Assembly: GCF_003010495.1 (NCBI RefSeq)
Contig: NZ_CP027570.1
Span: 420,001 to 452,000, forward strand
DNA from: Megasphaera elsdenii DSM 20460
GTDB lineage: Bacteria > Bacillota > Negativicutes > Veillonellales > Megasphaeraceae
Length of the DNA stretch: 32,000 nt
Direction of reading: 5' to 3'
The position numbers were made by a program, and so were the translations under genes. Under the pieces are notes generated by a model. The model made no database searches and was not told the DNA's origin. It was given only the letters and a program-made list of their open reading frames with translations. Below are positions 10,343 to 17,541 of this stretch, in pieces (the stretch's first letter is position 1; each line of letters opens with the position of its first letter).

Positions 10343-10380
10343 AAAAAAGGCGCTGTCCCATGAAGACAGCGCCTTTTTTC
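10343..10380. terminator. Rho-independent terminator after ribBA (bidirectional; also the first terminator met by the convergent crp-like gene)
   Basis: AAAAAA GGCGCTGTC ccatgaa GACAGCGCC TTTTTT. Confidence 0.85.
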
Positions 10381-10561
10381 GTGGTTCGTGTTTCGTGGTT
10401 CGTGGCTCGTGGCTCTCCTTATAGGAGAGCTGTCAGCGAAGCTGACTGAGAGGTTGCTCTTTCAGCATGTGGTTCGAAGTTTGCAGAGCTTGCCACGTGC
10501 AAGCCTCTACAGATGTGACGCCTCGGGAATTTCTACAAACTCCGTACTACAAACTATAAAG
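10381..10561. repeat. Heptad-periodic intergenic element, copy B, with a structured core
   Basis: GTGGTTC GTGTTTC GTGGTTC GTGGCTC GTGGCTC (10381-10415). Hairpins at 10412-10430, 10432-10446 and 10483-10510. CTACAAACT occurs twice, 14 nt apart (10533-10555). Confidence 0.6.
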
Positions 10562-10609
10562 TAAAAGGAACCTAGCATGATGGCAGAAACCTTCATACAA
10601 CACACTCTC

Positions 10610-11272
10610 CTATTGCAGCAAAGTGAATTTATCCTTTCGGTAATCGATGAGGCCTTCTTTCTTCATCTTGCTCAGTTCGGCCGATAAGGCGCTGCGGTCT
10701 ACGGAAAGGAAGTCGGCCATCTGCTGGCGGTTGAAGGGCAGGCTGAACGTGGCCTTGCCTTTCTTGCGGGCCAGGTCGGACAAATAGAGGACGATTTTCT
10801 GGCGCGTCGACCGCTGGGTCAGGTAGCGTATCTTTTCGGTCAGGAGACGGTTCTTTTCGGCCATCATGGCCAGGAGGTTGCTCATGAAGCGGGCCTGGGC
10901 CGGCGTCAGCACCTGGCCGGCATGGAGGACGTTATCGACGTGGACCTGCATGATGACCGTATCCGACGCGGCCACGACGTCGACCGTAGCCAGTGACTCA
11001 GGCAGACAGGCAAAGGCTTCGCCAAAGAAGAAGCCCGCCGGGATCTGGGACAGGATATTGCGATTGCCCCAGTAATCTTCCTGGATGATATGGACGGCGC
11101 CGTCCAGAACCAATCCGATATAGGGGACAGTATCGCCGGAATAAAAGAGAAATTCCCCTTTCTGATACTTTTTTTTGCGCACCTTCAAGTGCTCCAGGAG
11201 CGGCAGGACATCGGCTTCAGTAATACCACAAAAAAGCGGTGATTTTTTGATAAGGGAAAGATAGGGTTCCAT
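10610..11272 (-). CDS. Crp/Fnr family transcriptional regulator
   Basis: N-terminal cNMP-binding beta-roll (FFGEAFA) and C-terminal HTH (RQQMADFLSVDRSALSAELSKM). RBS GGGAGG. Confidence 0.88.
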   Translation of the reverse strand: MEPYLSLIKKSPLFCGITEADVLPLLEHLKVRKKKYQKGEFLFYSGDTVPYIGLVLDGAVHIIQEDYWGNRNILSQIPAGFFFGEAFACLPESLATVDVVAASDTVIMQVHVDNVLHAGQVLTPAQARFMSNLLAMMAEKNRLLTEKIRYLTQRSTRQKIVLYLSDLARKKGKATFSLPFNRQQMADFLSVDRSALSAELSKMKKEGLIDYRKDKFTLLQ

Positions 11273-11393
11273 TGGAAAACCTCCCGAAAAAAGATAATAG
11301 TTGGAAAAACAACAGCTTATTCCTCCTCCATGAGATATACTGAGACCATAAAAGGTCCAAGATTATTGATTCATCATCACTGCGGAGGAAACT

Positions 11394-12086
11394 ATGATAC
11401 GTAAAATTATACAGATTGATTCAGAAAAATGCAATGGCTGCGGCGCCTGCGCCACGGCCTGTCACGAAGGAGCCATCGCCATGGTCGACGGTAAAGCCCG
11501 TCTCATGCGCGACGACTACTGCGACGGCTTAGGCGACTGCCTGCCTCACTGCCCGACAAATGCCATCACCTTTATCGAACGCGAAGCCGTCGCCTACGAC
11601 GAAGAAGCCGTCAAGAAGCACATGGCCGCCCAGGGAAGGGTCTACCGTGGCCGCTGCCCGGGCAGCCAGGCACGCTGCCTCGAACCGGCAGAAACAGTGC
11701 CGGCAAGCACGCCCGACATGCCATCGCGCCTGAGCCAGTGGCCGGTTCAGCTGAAGCTGGTCCCGCCCCATGCGCCTTACTTCAACGGCGCCAGCCTGCT
11801 CATCGCCGCCGACTGCACGGCCTATGCCTACGCCCGTTTCCATGAAGACTTCATCAAAGGGCGCATCACCCTCATCGGCTGTCCCAAACTCGACGACATC
11901 GATTACGCCGAAAAATTGACAGAAATCATCCGTCAGAACGATATCCAGGACCTCACCCTGGTCCGCATGGAAGTCCCGTGCTGCGGCGGGCTGGAAATGG
12001 CCGCCAAAAGAGCCCTCCAGCAAAGCGGCAAGGCGATTCCCATGAACGTATACACCATCAGTTTGGATGGGAAAATAAAGGCATAG
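11394..12086 (+). CDS. 4Fe-4S dicluster domain protein (ferredoxin-like N-terminus plus Cys-containing C-terminal domain)
   Basis: CNGCGACATACHEGAI and CDGLGDCLPHCPTNAI cluster motifs, with extra Cys motifs (GCPKLDD, VPCCGG). RBS GGAGGA. Confidence 0.8.
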   Translation: MIRKIIQIDSEKCNGCGACATACHEGAIAMVDGKARLMRDDYCDGLGDCLPHCPTNAITFIEREAVAYDEEAVKKHMAAQGRVYRGRCPGSQARCLEPAETVPASTPDMPSRLSQWPVQLKLVPPHAPYFNGASLLIAADCTAYAYARFHEDFIKGRITLIGCPKLDDIDYAEKLTEIIRQNDIQDLTLVRMEVPCCGGLEMAAKRALQQSGKAIPMNVYTISLDGKIKA

Positions 12087-12087
12087 G

Positions 12088-12120
12088 AAAAGGAGCTGCC
12101 CTTATAAGGCAGCTCCTTTC
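12088..12120 (+). terminator. Terminator after the 4Fe-4S protein gene
   Basis: AAAA GGAGCTGCC cttataa GGCAGCTCC TTTCC. The T-tract is weak. Confidence 0.6.
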
Positions 12121-12121
12121 C

Positions 12122-12197
12122 GTGGTCCGTTTGGCGTGGTTCGTTTACTGAAGAAATCCCACATTTAGCGACAAACGAGCCACGACCCACGGCAAAC
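12122..12197. repeat. Heptad-periodic intergenic element, copy C (most symmetric copy)
   Basis: Left arm GTGGTCC GTTTGGC GTGGTTC GTTTACT. A 20-nt core. Right arm GACAAAC GAGCCAC GACCCAC GGCAAAC, which is the reverse complement of GTTTGCC GTGGGTC GTGGCTC GTTTGTC. Confidence 0.65.
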
Positions 12198-12229
12198 GAA
12201 AAAGCTGTCCGCAAGGACAGCTTTTTTCA
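12198..12229 (-). terminator. Terminator after the Lrp/AsnC gene (bidirectional shape)
   Basis: AAAAA GCTGTCC gcaa GGACAGC TTTTTT, immediately downstream of the stop codon at 12232. Confidence 0.8.
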
Positions 12230-12231
12230 TT

Positions 12232-12672
12232 TTACACGTTCCATTCTTCTTTGAGTGTCGACAGGCACATGAAGGTCTGCGACGAGGCGACGGTCGGGAT
12301 TTCGTTCAGGACCTGCATGAGGAAGTGTTCCAGGTCATCTGGCGTCTTGACCAGGACTTTCAATAAGTAGTCAAAGGCGCCGACGACGTGATGGCATTCC
12401 AATACTTCCGGGTACTGGACGATTTTCGAGCGAAATTCTTCGACATCGCCAGACCGTTCGAGGTTGACCATGATGAAAGCCGTCACGTTATAGCCGGTCT
12501 TGCGGCGGCTTATCTTGGCACCGTAGCCTTCAATGATGCCGTTGTGTTCCATCTTGCGGATACGTTCGGCAACAGCCGGGATGGACAGGCCGACGACCTT
12601 GCTGATTTCCGTAGCCGAAGCCTTGCCATTGTGTTTGAGTATCGTTAAAATTTTGTCATCAATATGATCCAT
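12232..12672 (-). CDS. Lrp/AsnC family transcriptional regulator
   Basis: HTH_AsnC N-terminus (LDHIDDKILTILKHNGKASATEISKVVGLSIPAVAERIRKM) plus a RAM/AsnC_trans_reg C-terminal domain. 146 aa. Confidence 0.9.
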   Translation of the reverse strand: MDHIDDKILTILKHNGKASATEISKVVGLSIPAVAERIRKMEHNGIIEGYGAKISRRKTGYNVTAFIMVNLERSGDVEEFRSKIVQYPEVLECHHVVGAFDYLLKVLVKTPDDLEHFLMQVLNEIPTVASSQTFMCLSTLKEEWNV

Positions 12673-12801
12673 ATGTAGATACTACCCTCCATAGTTCTTA
12701 AATTTTACATATCTATTATCTTACAAACGAATGAAAAAGTAAATAGACTTAAAGATATTAATTTTTCTTCTGCTATACTTTTTACTTCTATGGAGTCGGG
12801 T

Positions 12802-13857
12802 TTATTCTGAAAAATGAAAATCACCGTTCAGATCGGAAAAATTATCCTTGAATCCCTGAGTCATATAGACGGCATTATCAGTGCCCGTGATTTCACAGTC
12901 GACGCCTTCCATGCTGTTCACCAGTTCCATCCCTTTCTGCGGCCCCAGGACGAAGACGATGGTCGTCATCATGTCGCTGAGCATGCCGGCATGGGGTACC
13001 GAGCCGTCGATGATGATGGAATCGCTCATGACGCCGGACCGGGCCGGATAACCCGTGCGGGGATCGAAGATGTGGTGGTAGCGGACGCCATCCTGGATGA
13101 AATAGCGTTCGTAGTCGCCTGACGTGGACAGGGCCTGGTTCTCGATGGATACGATGCCCAGGAAAGCCTTATCATCGTCAGACCGGGGATGCTTGATGCC
13201 GATGCGCCAGGGCTTGCCTTTACTCGTCTTGCCGACGGCATACATCGAGCTGGCGCCGAGATTGATGAGACCGCTTTCAATGTGGTGCTTTTCATAGATC
13301 TTACGGATTTCGTCGACCGCATAGCCTTTGGCGACACCGCCCAAGTCGATGGCCATACCTGCTTTCGCCAGCATGACGCTGTGGTCTTCCGGCCGCAGGA
13401 GGATGTCCTTATAGTTGACCTTCATCAAGGCCCGGGAAATCTCATCGGCTGAGGGTACGTGCTGGTCGTCATTGCCGATGCGCCACAAATTGGTCATGAC
13501 GCCGACCGTGATGTCCCATTCGCCCTGGCTCTTGGCAGAATAATCCTTGGCATATTCGATCATTTCATAAACAGCCGGGTCGACCTGGACGTATTCCCTG
13601 CCGGCAGCCGCATTGATACGGCTCACATCGCTGTCTTCATTCTGGCCGGCCAGTTTATCCAGCTGATCCAGGCGGTCGAAACCTTCGTCGACTGCTTCTT
13701 TGGCTTCTTTCCCCGACGCCCGCAGGGACACCGTCGTATCCATGGCGACACCGCTCCTATCAAAAGAAGACTCCGGATGCAGAGTGCATCCGGAGCAACT
13801 TAAAACGATGAGGAACGCCATGGTGAGAAGAACCCATACATACCGTTTCTTATCCAT
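12802..13857 (-). CDS. apbE: FAD:protein FMN transferase (ApbE family lipoprotein)
   Basis: Signal peptide with lipobox LSCSGC. ApbE motifs (AIDLGGVAKGYAVD, STSGDYERYF). Directly downstream of rnfB. Confidence 0.9.
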   Translation of the reverse strand: MDKKRYVWVLLTMAFLIVLSCSGCTLHPESSFDRSGVAMDTTVSLRASGKEAKEAVDEGFDRLDQLDKLAGQNEDSDVSRINAAAGREYVQVDPAVYEMIEYAKDYSAKSQGEWDITVGVMTNLWRIGNDDQHVPSADEISRALMKVNYKDILLRPEDHSVMLAKAGMAIDLGGVAKGYAVDEIRKIYEKHHIESGLINLGASSMYAVGKTSKGKPWRIGIKHPRSDDDKAFLGIVSIENQALSTSGDYERYFIQDGVRYHHIFDPRTGYPARSGVMSDSIIIDGSVPHAGMLSDMMTTIVFVLGPQKGMELVNSMEGVDCEITGTDNAVYMTQGFKDNFSDLNGDFHFSE

Positions 13858-13860
13858 GTA

Positions 13861-14715
13861 TTAACCTACGTTTTCTTCTTTCTTGAAAGAACCTTTGATC
13901 ATTTCGTTGATGGCACCGGTCGGGCACTTGGTCAGGCAGGTTGCATTGTCACAGTTGTGGCAGATGTCCTGGTTGACGACAGCCAGATGGTCGATGATCT
14001 TGATAGCTCCTTCTTCCTGGTGCGAGCAGTTACGCATGCAGGAACCGCAGCCGAGGCACAGGGCCTTGCAGTTCTTCATAGCCGGAGCGCCGAAATCTTT
14101 GGAGCTACAGCTGATGCTGACTTTGGCACTGACCGGCAGGAGTTCGATGACGTGGTTCGGGCAAACAGAAGCGCATTTGCCGCAGCCCGTGCAGAGCGTC
14201 TTGTTGACGACCGGCAGGCCATTTTCGCCCATGCTCATAGCACCGAACGGGCAGGCACGCGTGCAGTTGCCGAAGCCAAGACAGCCGAACTTACAGAATT
14301 TCGGACCCTGCTGGACGATTTTAGCAGCCGCGCAGTCATGAATACCTTTGTATTCATAAGCCAGTTTGGCAATGCCATTGCCGCCGCGGCATTTGATGTG
14401 AGCATATTTCGGTTCCGTAGCTTCAGCGACTTTGCCCGTCAATTTAGCGACGACAGCAGCGACTTCAGCTTTACCAGGAACACAGAGGTTAGGCGGAACG
14501 TTCGGGTCGAGGACGACGGCTTCCGCATATTTTGCACAACCGGCGAAACCGCAGGCACCGCACTGGCCCTGAGGAAGTGCTTCTTTTACTTCGCCGATGA
14601 GCGGGTTTTCTTCCATGGCAAACTTCTTATCAGCACTTGCAAGGATAAAGCCGAAGACGATACCGATGCAGGCCATGATAACGACGGCCATGATTGCAAT
14701 GAACGAGTAATCCAT
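13861..14715 (-). CDS. rnfB: Rnf electron transport complex subunit B
   Basis: N-terminal TM segment, CGACGFAGC cluster motif, and several CxxCxxCxxxCP ferredoxin motifs. Confidence 0.92.
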   Translation of the reverse strand: MDYSFIAIMAVVIMACIGIVFGFILASADKKFAMEENPLIGEVKEALPQGQCGACGFAGCAKYAEAVVLDPNVPPNLCVPGKAEVAAVVAKLTGKVAEATEPKYAHIKCRGGNGIAKLAYEYKGIHDCAAAKIVQQGPKFCKFGCLGFGNCTRACPFGAMSMGENGLPVVNKTLCTGCGKCASVCPNHVIELLPVSAKVSISCSSKDFGAPAMKNCKALCLGCGSCMRNCSHQEEGAIKIIDHLAVVNQDICHNCDNATCLTKCPTGAINEMIKGSFKKEENVG

Positions 14716-14738
14716 AATTTAATTCCAACTCCTTTGCC

Positions 14739-15311
14739 TTAAATCATACCGGAGAAGCCGAGGAATGCCAGGGACATCATGCCGGCGATGATGAAAGCGA
14801 TCGGTGTGCCTTTCATAGCATGAGGAACATCGGCATAGTCCAATTTTTCACGGCAGCTTGCCATGAGAATCAGAGCCAGGGCGAAACCGAGGCCTGCGCC
14901 AACGGCGAAGACGATGTTTTCCAGGAAGTTATAACCGCTGGTGACACTGATGACCGGGACGGACAATACGATACAGTTCGTAGCGATCAGCATGAGGTAA
15001 ATGCCCCACATGTTATACAATGTCGGCGATTCTTTCTTGATGACGATTTCCAGTAACTGTACGAAACTTGCGATCAAGATAACAAAGGAAATCGTCCGCA
15101 AGAAGGTCAGGTTAAGCGGTACGAGGACCCAGTTGTAAAGGCACCATGCCAGGATAGTACTCAAAGTGATGACGGCAGTAACGGCGAAGCCCATGCCGAC
15201 AGAGGCGTTCAGGTTCTTGGAAACGCCGAAGAAGATACACAAACCGAGGAACTTGGTCAATACGAAGTTGTTAATCAAGACAGCCCCGATGAACAGCGTA
15301 AAGTATTCCAT
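14739..15311 (-). CDS. rnfA: Rnf electron transport complex subunit A
   Basis: 190-aa polytopic membrane protein of the RnfA/RnfE/NqrDE type, at the expected operon position. Its start overlaps the rnfE stop (TAATG). Confidence 0.9.
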   Translation of the reverse strand: MEYFTLFIGAVLINNFVLTKFLGLCIFFGVSKNLNASVGMGFAVTAVITLSTILAWCLYNWVLVPLNLTFLRTISFVILIASFVQLLEIVIKKESPTLYNMWGIYLMLIATNCIVLSVPVISVTSGYNFLENIVFAVGAGLGFALALILMASCREKLDYADVPHAMKGTPIAFIIAGMMSLAFLGFSGMI

Positions 15312-15934
15312 TATCCTTCACTCCCTTTCAGTTGTCTCTGTCTTTCAACATGTTCATTCCAGATCTTGAAGCCGGCCATGATGAAACCGATGAGCATGAA
15401 AGCTCCAGGCGGCAGTGCCATGATCAGAGCAGGCTGATAGGACGGACCGAAGACTTCCATGCCAAAGAAAGTGCCGTTGCCGAGGATTTCACGGACGAAG
15501 GAAATCATGAACATAGCAATGGTGAAGCCAATGCCCATGCCCATGCCGTCGAGGAAGGAAACGACGACGCCGTTTTTCGATGCAACCGATTCAGCACGAG
15601 CCAGGATGATAGCAAATACGACGACCAAGTCGAGGTATACGCCCAAGGCTTTGTACAAATCCGGAGCATAGGCCTGTAAGAACAGCTGTACGCAGGTTAC
15701 GATGGTAGCGATACAGGTGATGTAAACAGGGATACGGACTTTTTTGTTGATCAACTTGTGGATGATGGAAACGACTGTGTTGTTAGCCGTGATAACGAAC
15801 CATACTGTGCAGCCCATGGTCAGACCATTGATGACGCTTGTCGTGACGGCAAGGCCAGGGCACAGGCTCAGGGCCAGGACGAAGTACGGGTTTTCTTCAA
15901 TAATGCCTCTAGTAAATACTTTCCAAAGATTCAT
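15311..15934 (-). CDS. rnfE: Rnf electron transport complex subunit E
   Basis: 207-aa polytopic membrane paralogue of RnfA (ENPYFVLALSLCPGLAVT). Confidence 0.9.
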   Translation of the reverse strand: MNLWKVFTRGIIEENPYFVLALSLCPGLAVTTSVINGLTMGCTVWFVITANNTVVSIIHKLINKKVRIPVYITCIATIVTCVQLFLQAYAPDLYKALGVYLDLVVVFAIILARAESVASKNGVVVSFLDGMGMGIGFTIAMFMISFVREILGNGTFFGMEVFGPSYQPALIMALPPGAFMLIGFIMAGFKIWNEHVERQRQLKGSEG

Positions 15935-15936
15935 TA

Positions 15937-16488
15937 TTATTTACCCCCTAACTGTGCTGCTTTTTCAACAGCCTGCTTAACGCCCAAAGTGAAAGCACGG
16001 GAAGAAATGGTAGCACCGGTCATGGCCTGGATCTTATCCTTTACGCCATGGTCTTTAGTGACTTCCAGGTTTTCCAGTTTCTTGCCTTTGAACTGATCTT
16101 TAAACGGAGATTTAGCACCTCTGTCACCGAGGCCCGGAGTTTCGTTGGCTTCGAGGACCGTGTAGTCCAGGACTTTGCCGTCCATGGAAACAGCCGTCAG
16201 CATCTTGATGGGGCCGCCGTAGCCTTTCGGAGCCGTCGGAATGATATAAGCAACTTTTTTGCCGCCCTGTTCAGCGATGAAGGTATCTTTTTCGCCCTGG
16301 ACGGGAACGAATTTTTCAGCCTGCGGAACGAGTGATTTCATGGAATCCTGTTTCATCTGTTCTGCTTTAGCCGTAGCGGTCGGGCCGGTAATGAAGAAGA
16401 CAGCGCCGATGATACAGCCGGAAACCAGGCAGGTGAGGACAAGGTTCATCGCAACCTTGAAGATCCCGCTTTCGTTTTTGTCTGCCAT
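15937..16488 (-). CDS. rnfG: Rnf electron transport complex subunit G
   Basis: N-terminal TM anchor and an FMN_bind domain with the flavinylation motif TGATISS. Confidence 0.9.
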   Translation of the reverse strand: MADKNESGIFKVAMNLVLTCLVSGCIIGAVFFITGPTATAKAEQMKQDSMKSLVPQAEKFVPVQGEKDTFIAEQGGKKVAYIIPTAPKGYGGPIKMLTAVSMDGKVLDYTVLEANETPGLGDRGAKSPFKDQFKGKKLENLEVTKDHGVKDKIQAMTGATISSRAFTLGVKQAVEKAAQLGGK

Positions 16489-16489
16489 T

Positions 16490-17524
16490 TTATTTAGCCC
16501 CCTTTTTTACTGCGCCAAAGACGGTCGGTTTGACCAGACGGTCGATGAGCGGAGTCAAGGTATTCATGAGCAAGATGGAGTAGCAAACCCCTTCAGGATA
16601 GCCGCCGAGTGTACGGATGAGGACCGTAATGAGGCCGCAGCCCAGAGCGAAGATCATCTGGCCTTTGAGGGTAATCGGAGCGGTGACCATATCGGTTGCC
16701 ATGAAGAAAGCACCGATGATGAGGCCGCCAGCCATCATTTCAAAGAGTGCAACGTTGGCACTGCCATAGATGGCACCCATGAGGATACCGACAGTAGCGA
16801 TCATGATGACCGGAACCTGCCAGTTGATGTAACCTTTGTAGATCAGCCACAAACCGCCGAGGATGAGGAGGACCGTAGAGGTTTCACCGAGGGAGCCGTT
16901 GCGGAACCCGAAGAACAGGCTCTGATAAATGGTGCCCCAATCGTTCGTGCCGAAGAGATTGAAGAGAGCGTCTGTGCCGCCGTGTTTGAAGACGTTCAGC
17001 GGCGTAGCACCAGCGACACCGTCGACGACGGTCCCGTTGAGCTGGGTCCAGGTCGTCATGGCAATCGGCCAGGAAACCATCAAGCCAGCACGGCCAACGT
17101 GAGCCGGGTTGAAGATGTTGTAGCCAAGGCCGCCCATGGCCTGTTTACAAACGACGATTGCCAGGAAGGAACCGACGATGCTCATCCACCAGGGAAGGCT
17201 CGGCGGGCAGCACATAGCCAGGAGAAGGCCCGTGATGACGGCAGAACCATCTGTGATGGTGACGCGTTTGTGCATCAGTTTTTCCCATAAAAATTCGAAT
17301 ACAACTGCCGAGACAATTGCGACGATGATATTGACGAGAGCATTAACACCGAAATAGTAGACGCCGAACGCAGCAGCCGGTACAAGGGCGGCGACGACAT
17401 TCCACATGATTTTAGGAATGGTTTCGTTACAGCGAACATGCGGTGAAGATGCTACGGTAAGTTTAAATTCCTGCATGTCTTTAGCATCCTTTCCATTTGT
17501 TTGTCCTTTAGCTTCTGGACTCAT
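16490..17524 (-). CDS. rnfD: Rnf electron transport complex subunit D
   Basis: 344-aa polytopic NqrB/RnfD-type protein (SSPHVR near the N-terminus, MATDMVTAP near the C-terminus). Confidence 0.92.
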   Translation of the reverse strand: MSPEAKGQTNGKDAKDMQEFKLTVASSPHVRCNETIPKIMWNVVAALVPAAAFGVYYFGVNALVNIIVAIVSAVVFEFLWEKLMHKRVTITDGSAVITGLLLAMCCPPSLPWWMSIVGSFLAIVVCKQAMGGLGYNIFNPAHVGRAGLMVSWPIAMTTWTQLNGTVVDGVAGATPLNVFKHGGTDALFNLFGTNDWGTIYQSLFFGFRNGSLGETSTVLLILGGLWLIYKGYINWQVPVIMIATVGILMGAIYGSANVALFEMMAGGLIIGAFFMATDMVTAPITLKGQMIFALGCGLITVLIRTLGGYPEGVCYSILLMNTLTPLIDRLVKPTVFGAVKKGAK

Positions 17525-17541
17525 GATATCCCTTCTTCCAA

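Noticed and set aside
9078-10361. 427-aa minus-strand ORF antisense to ribBA
   Set aside because: Shadow ORF of a confidently identified gene. It has no recognisable motifs and no RBS.
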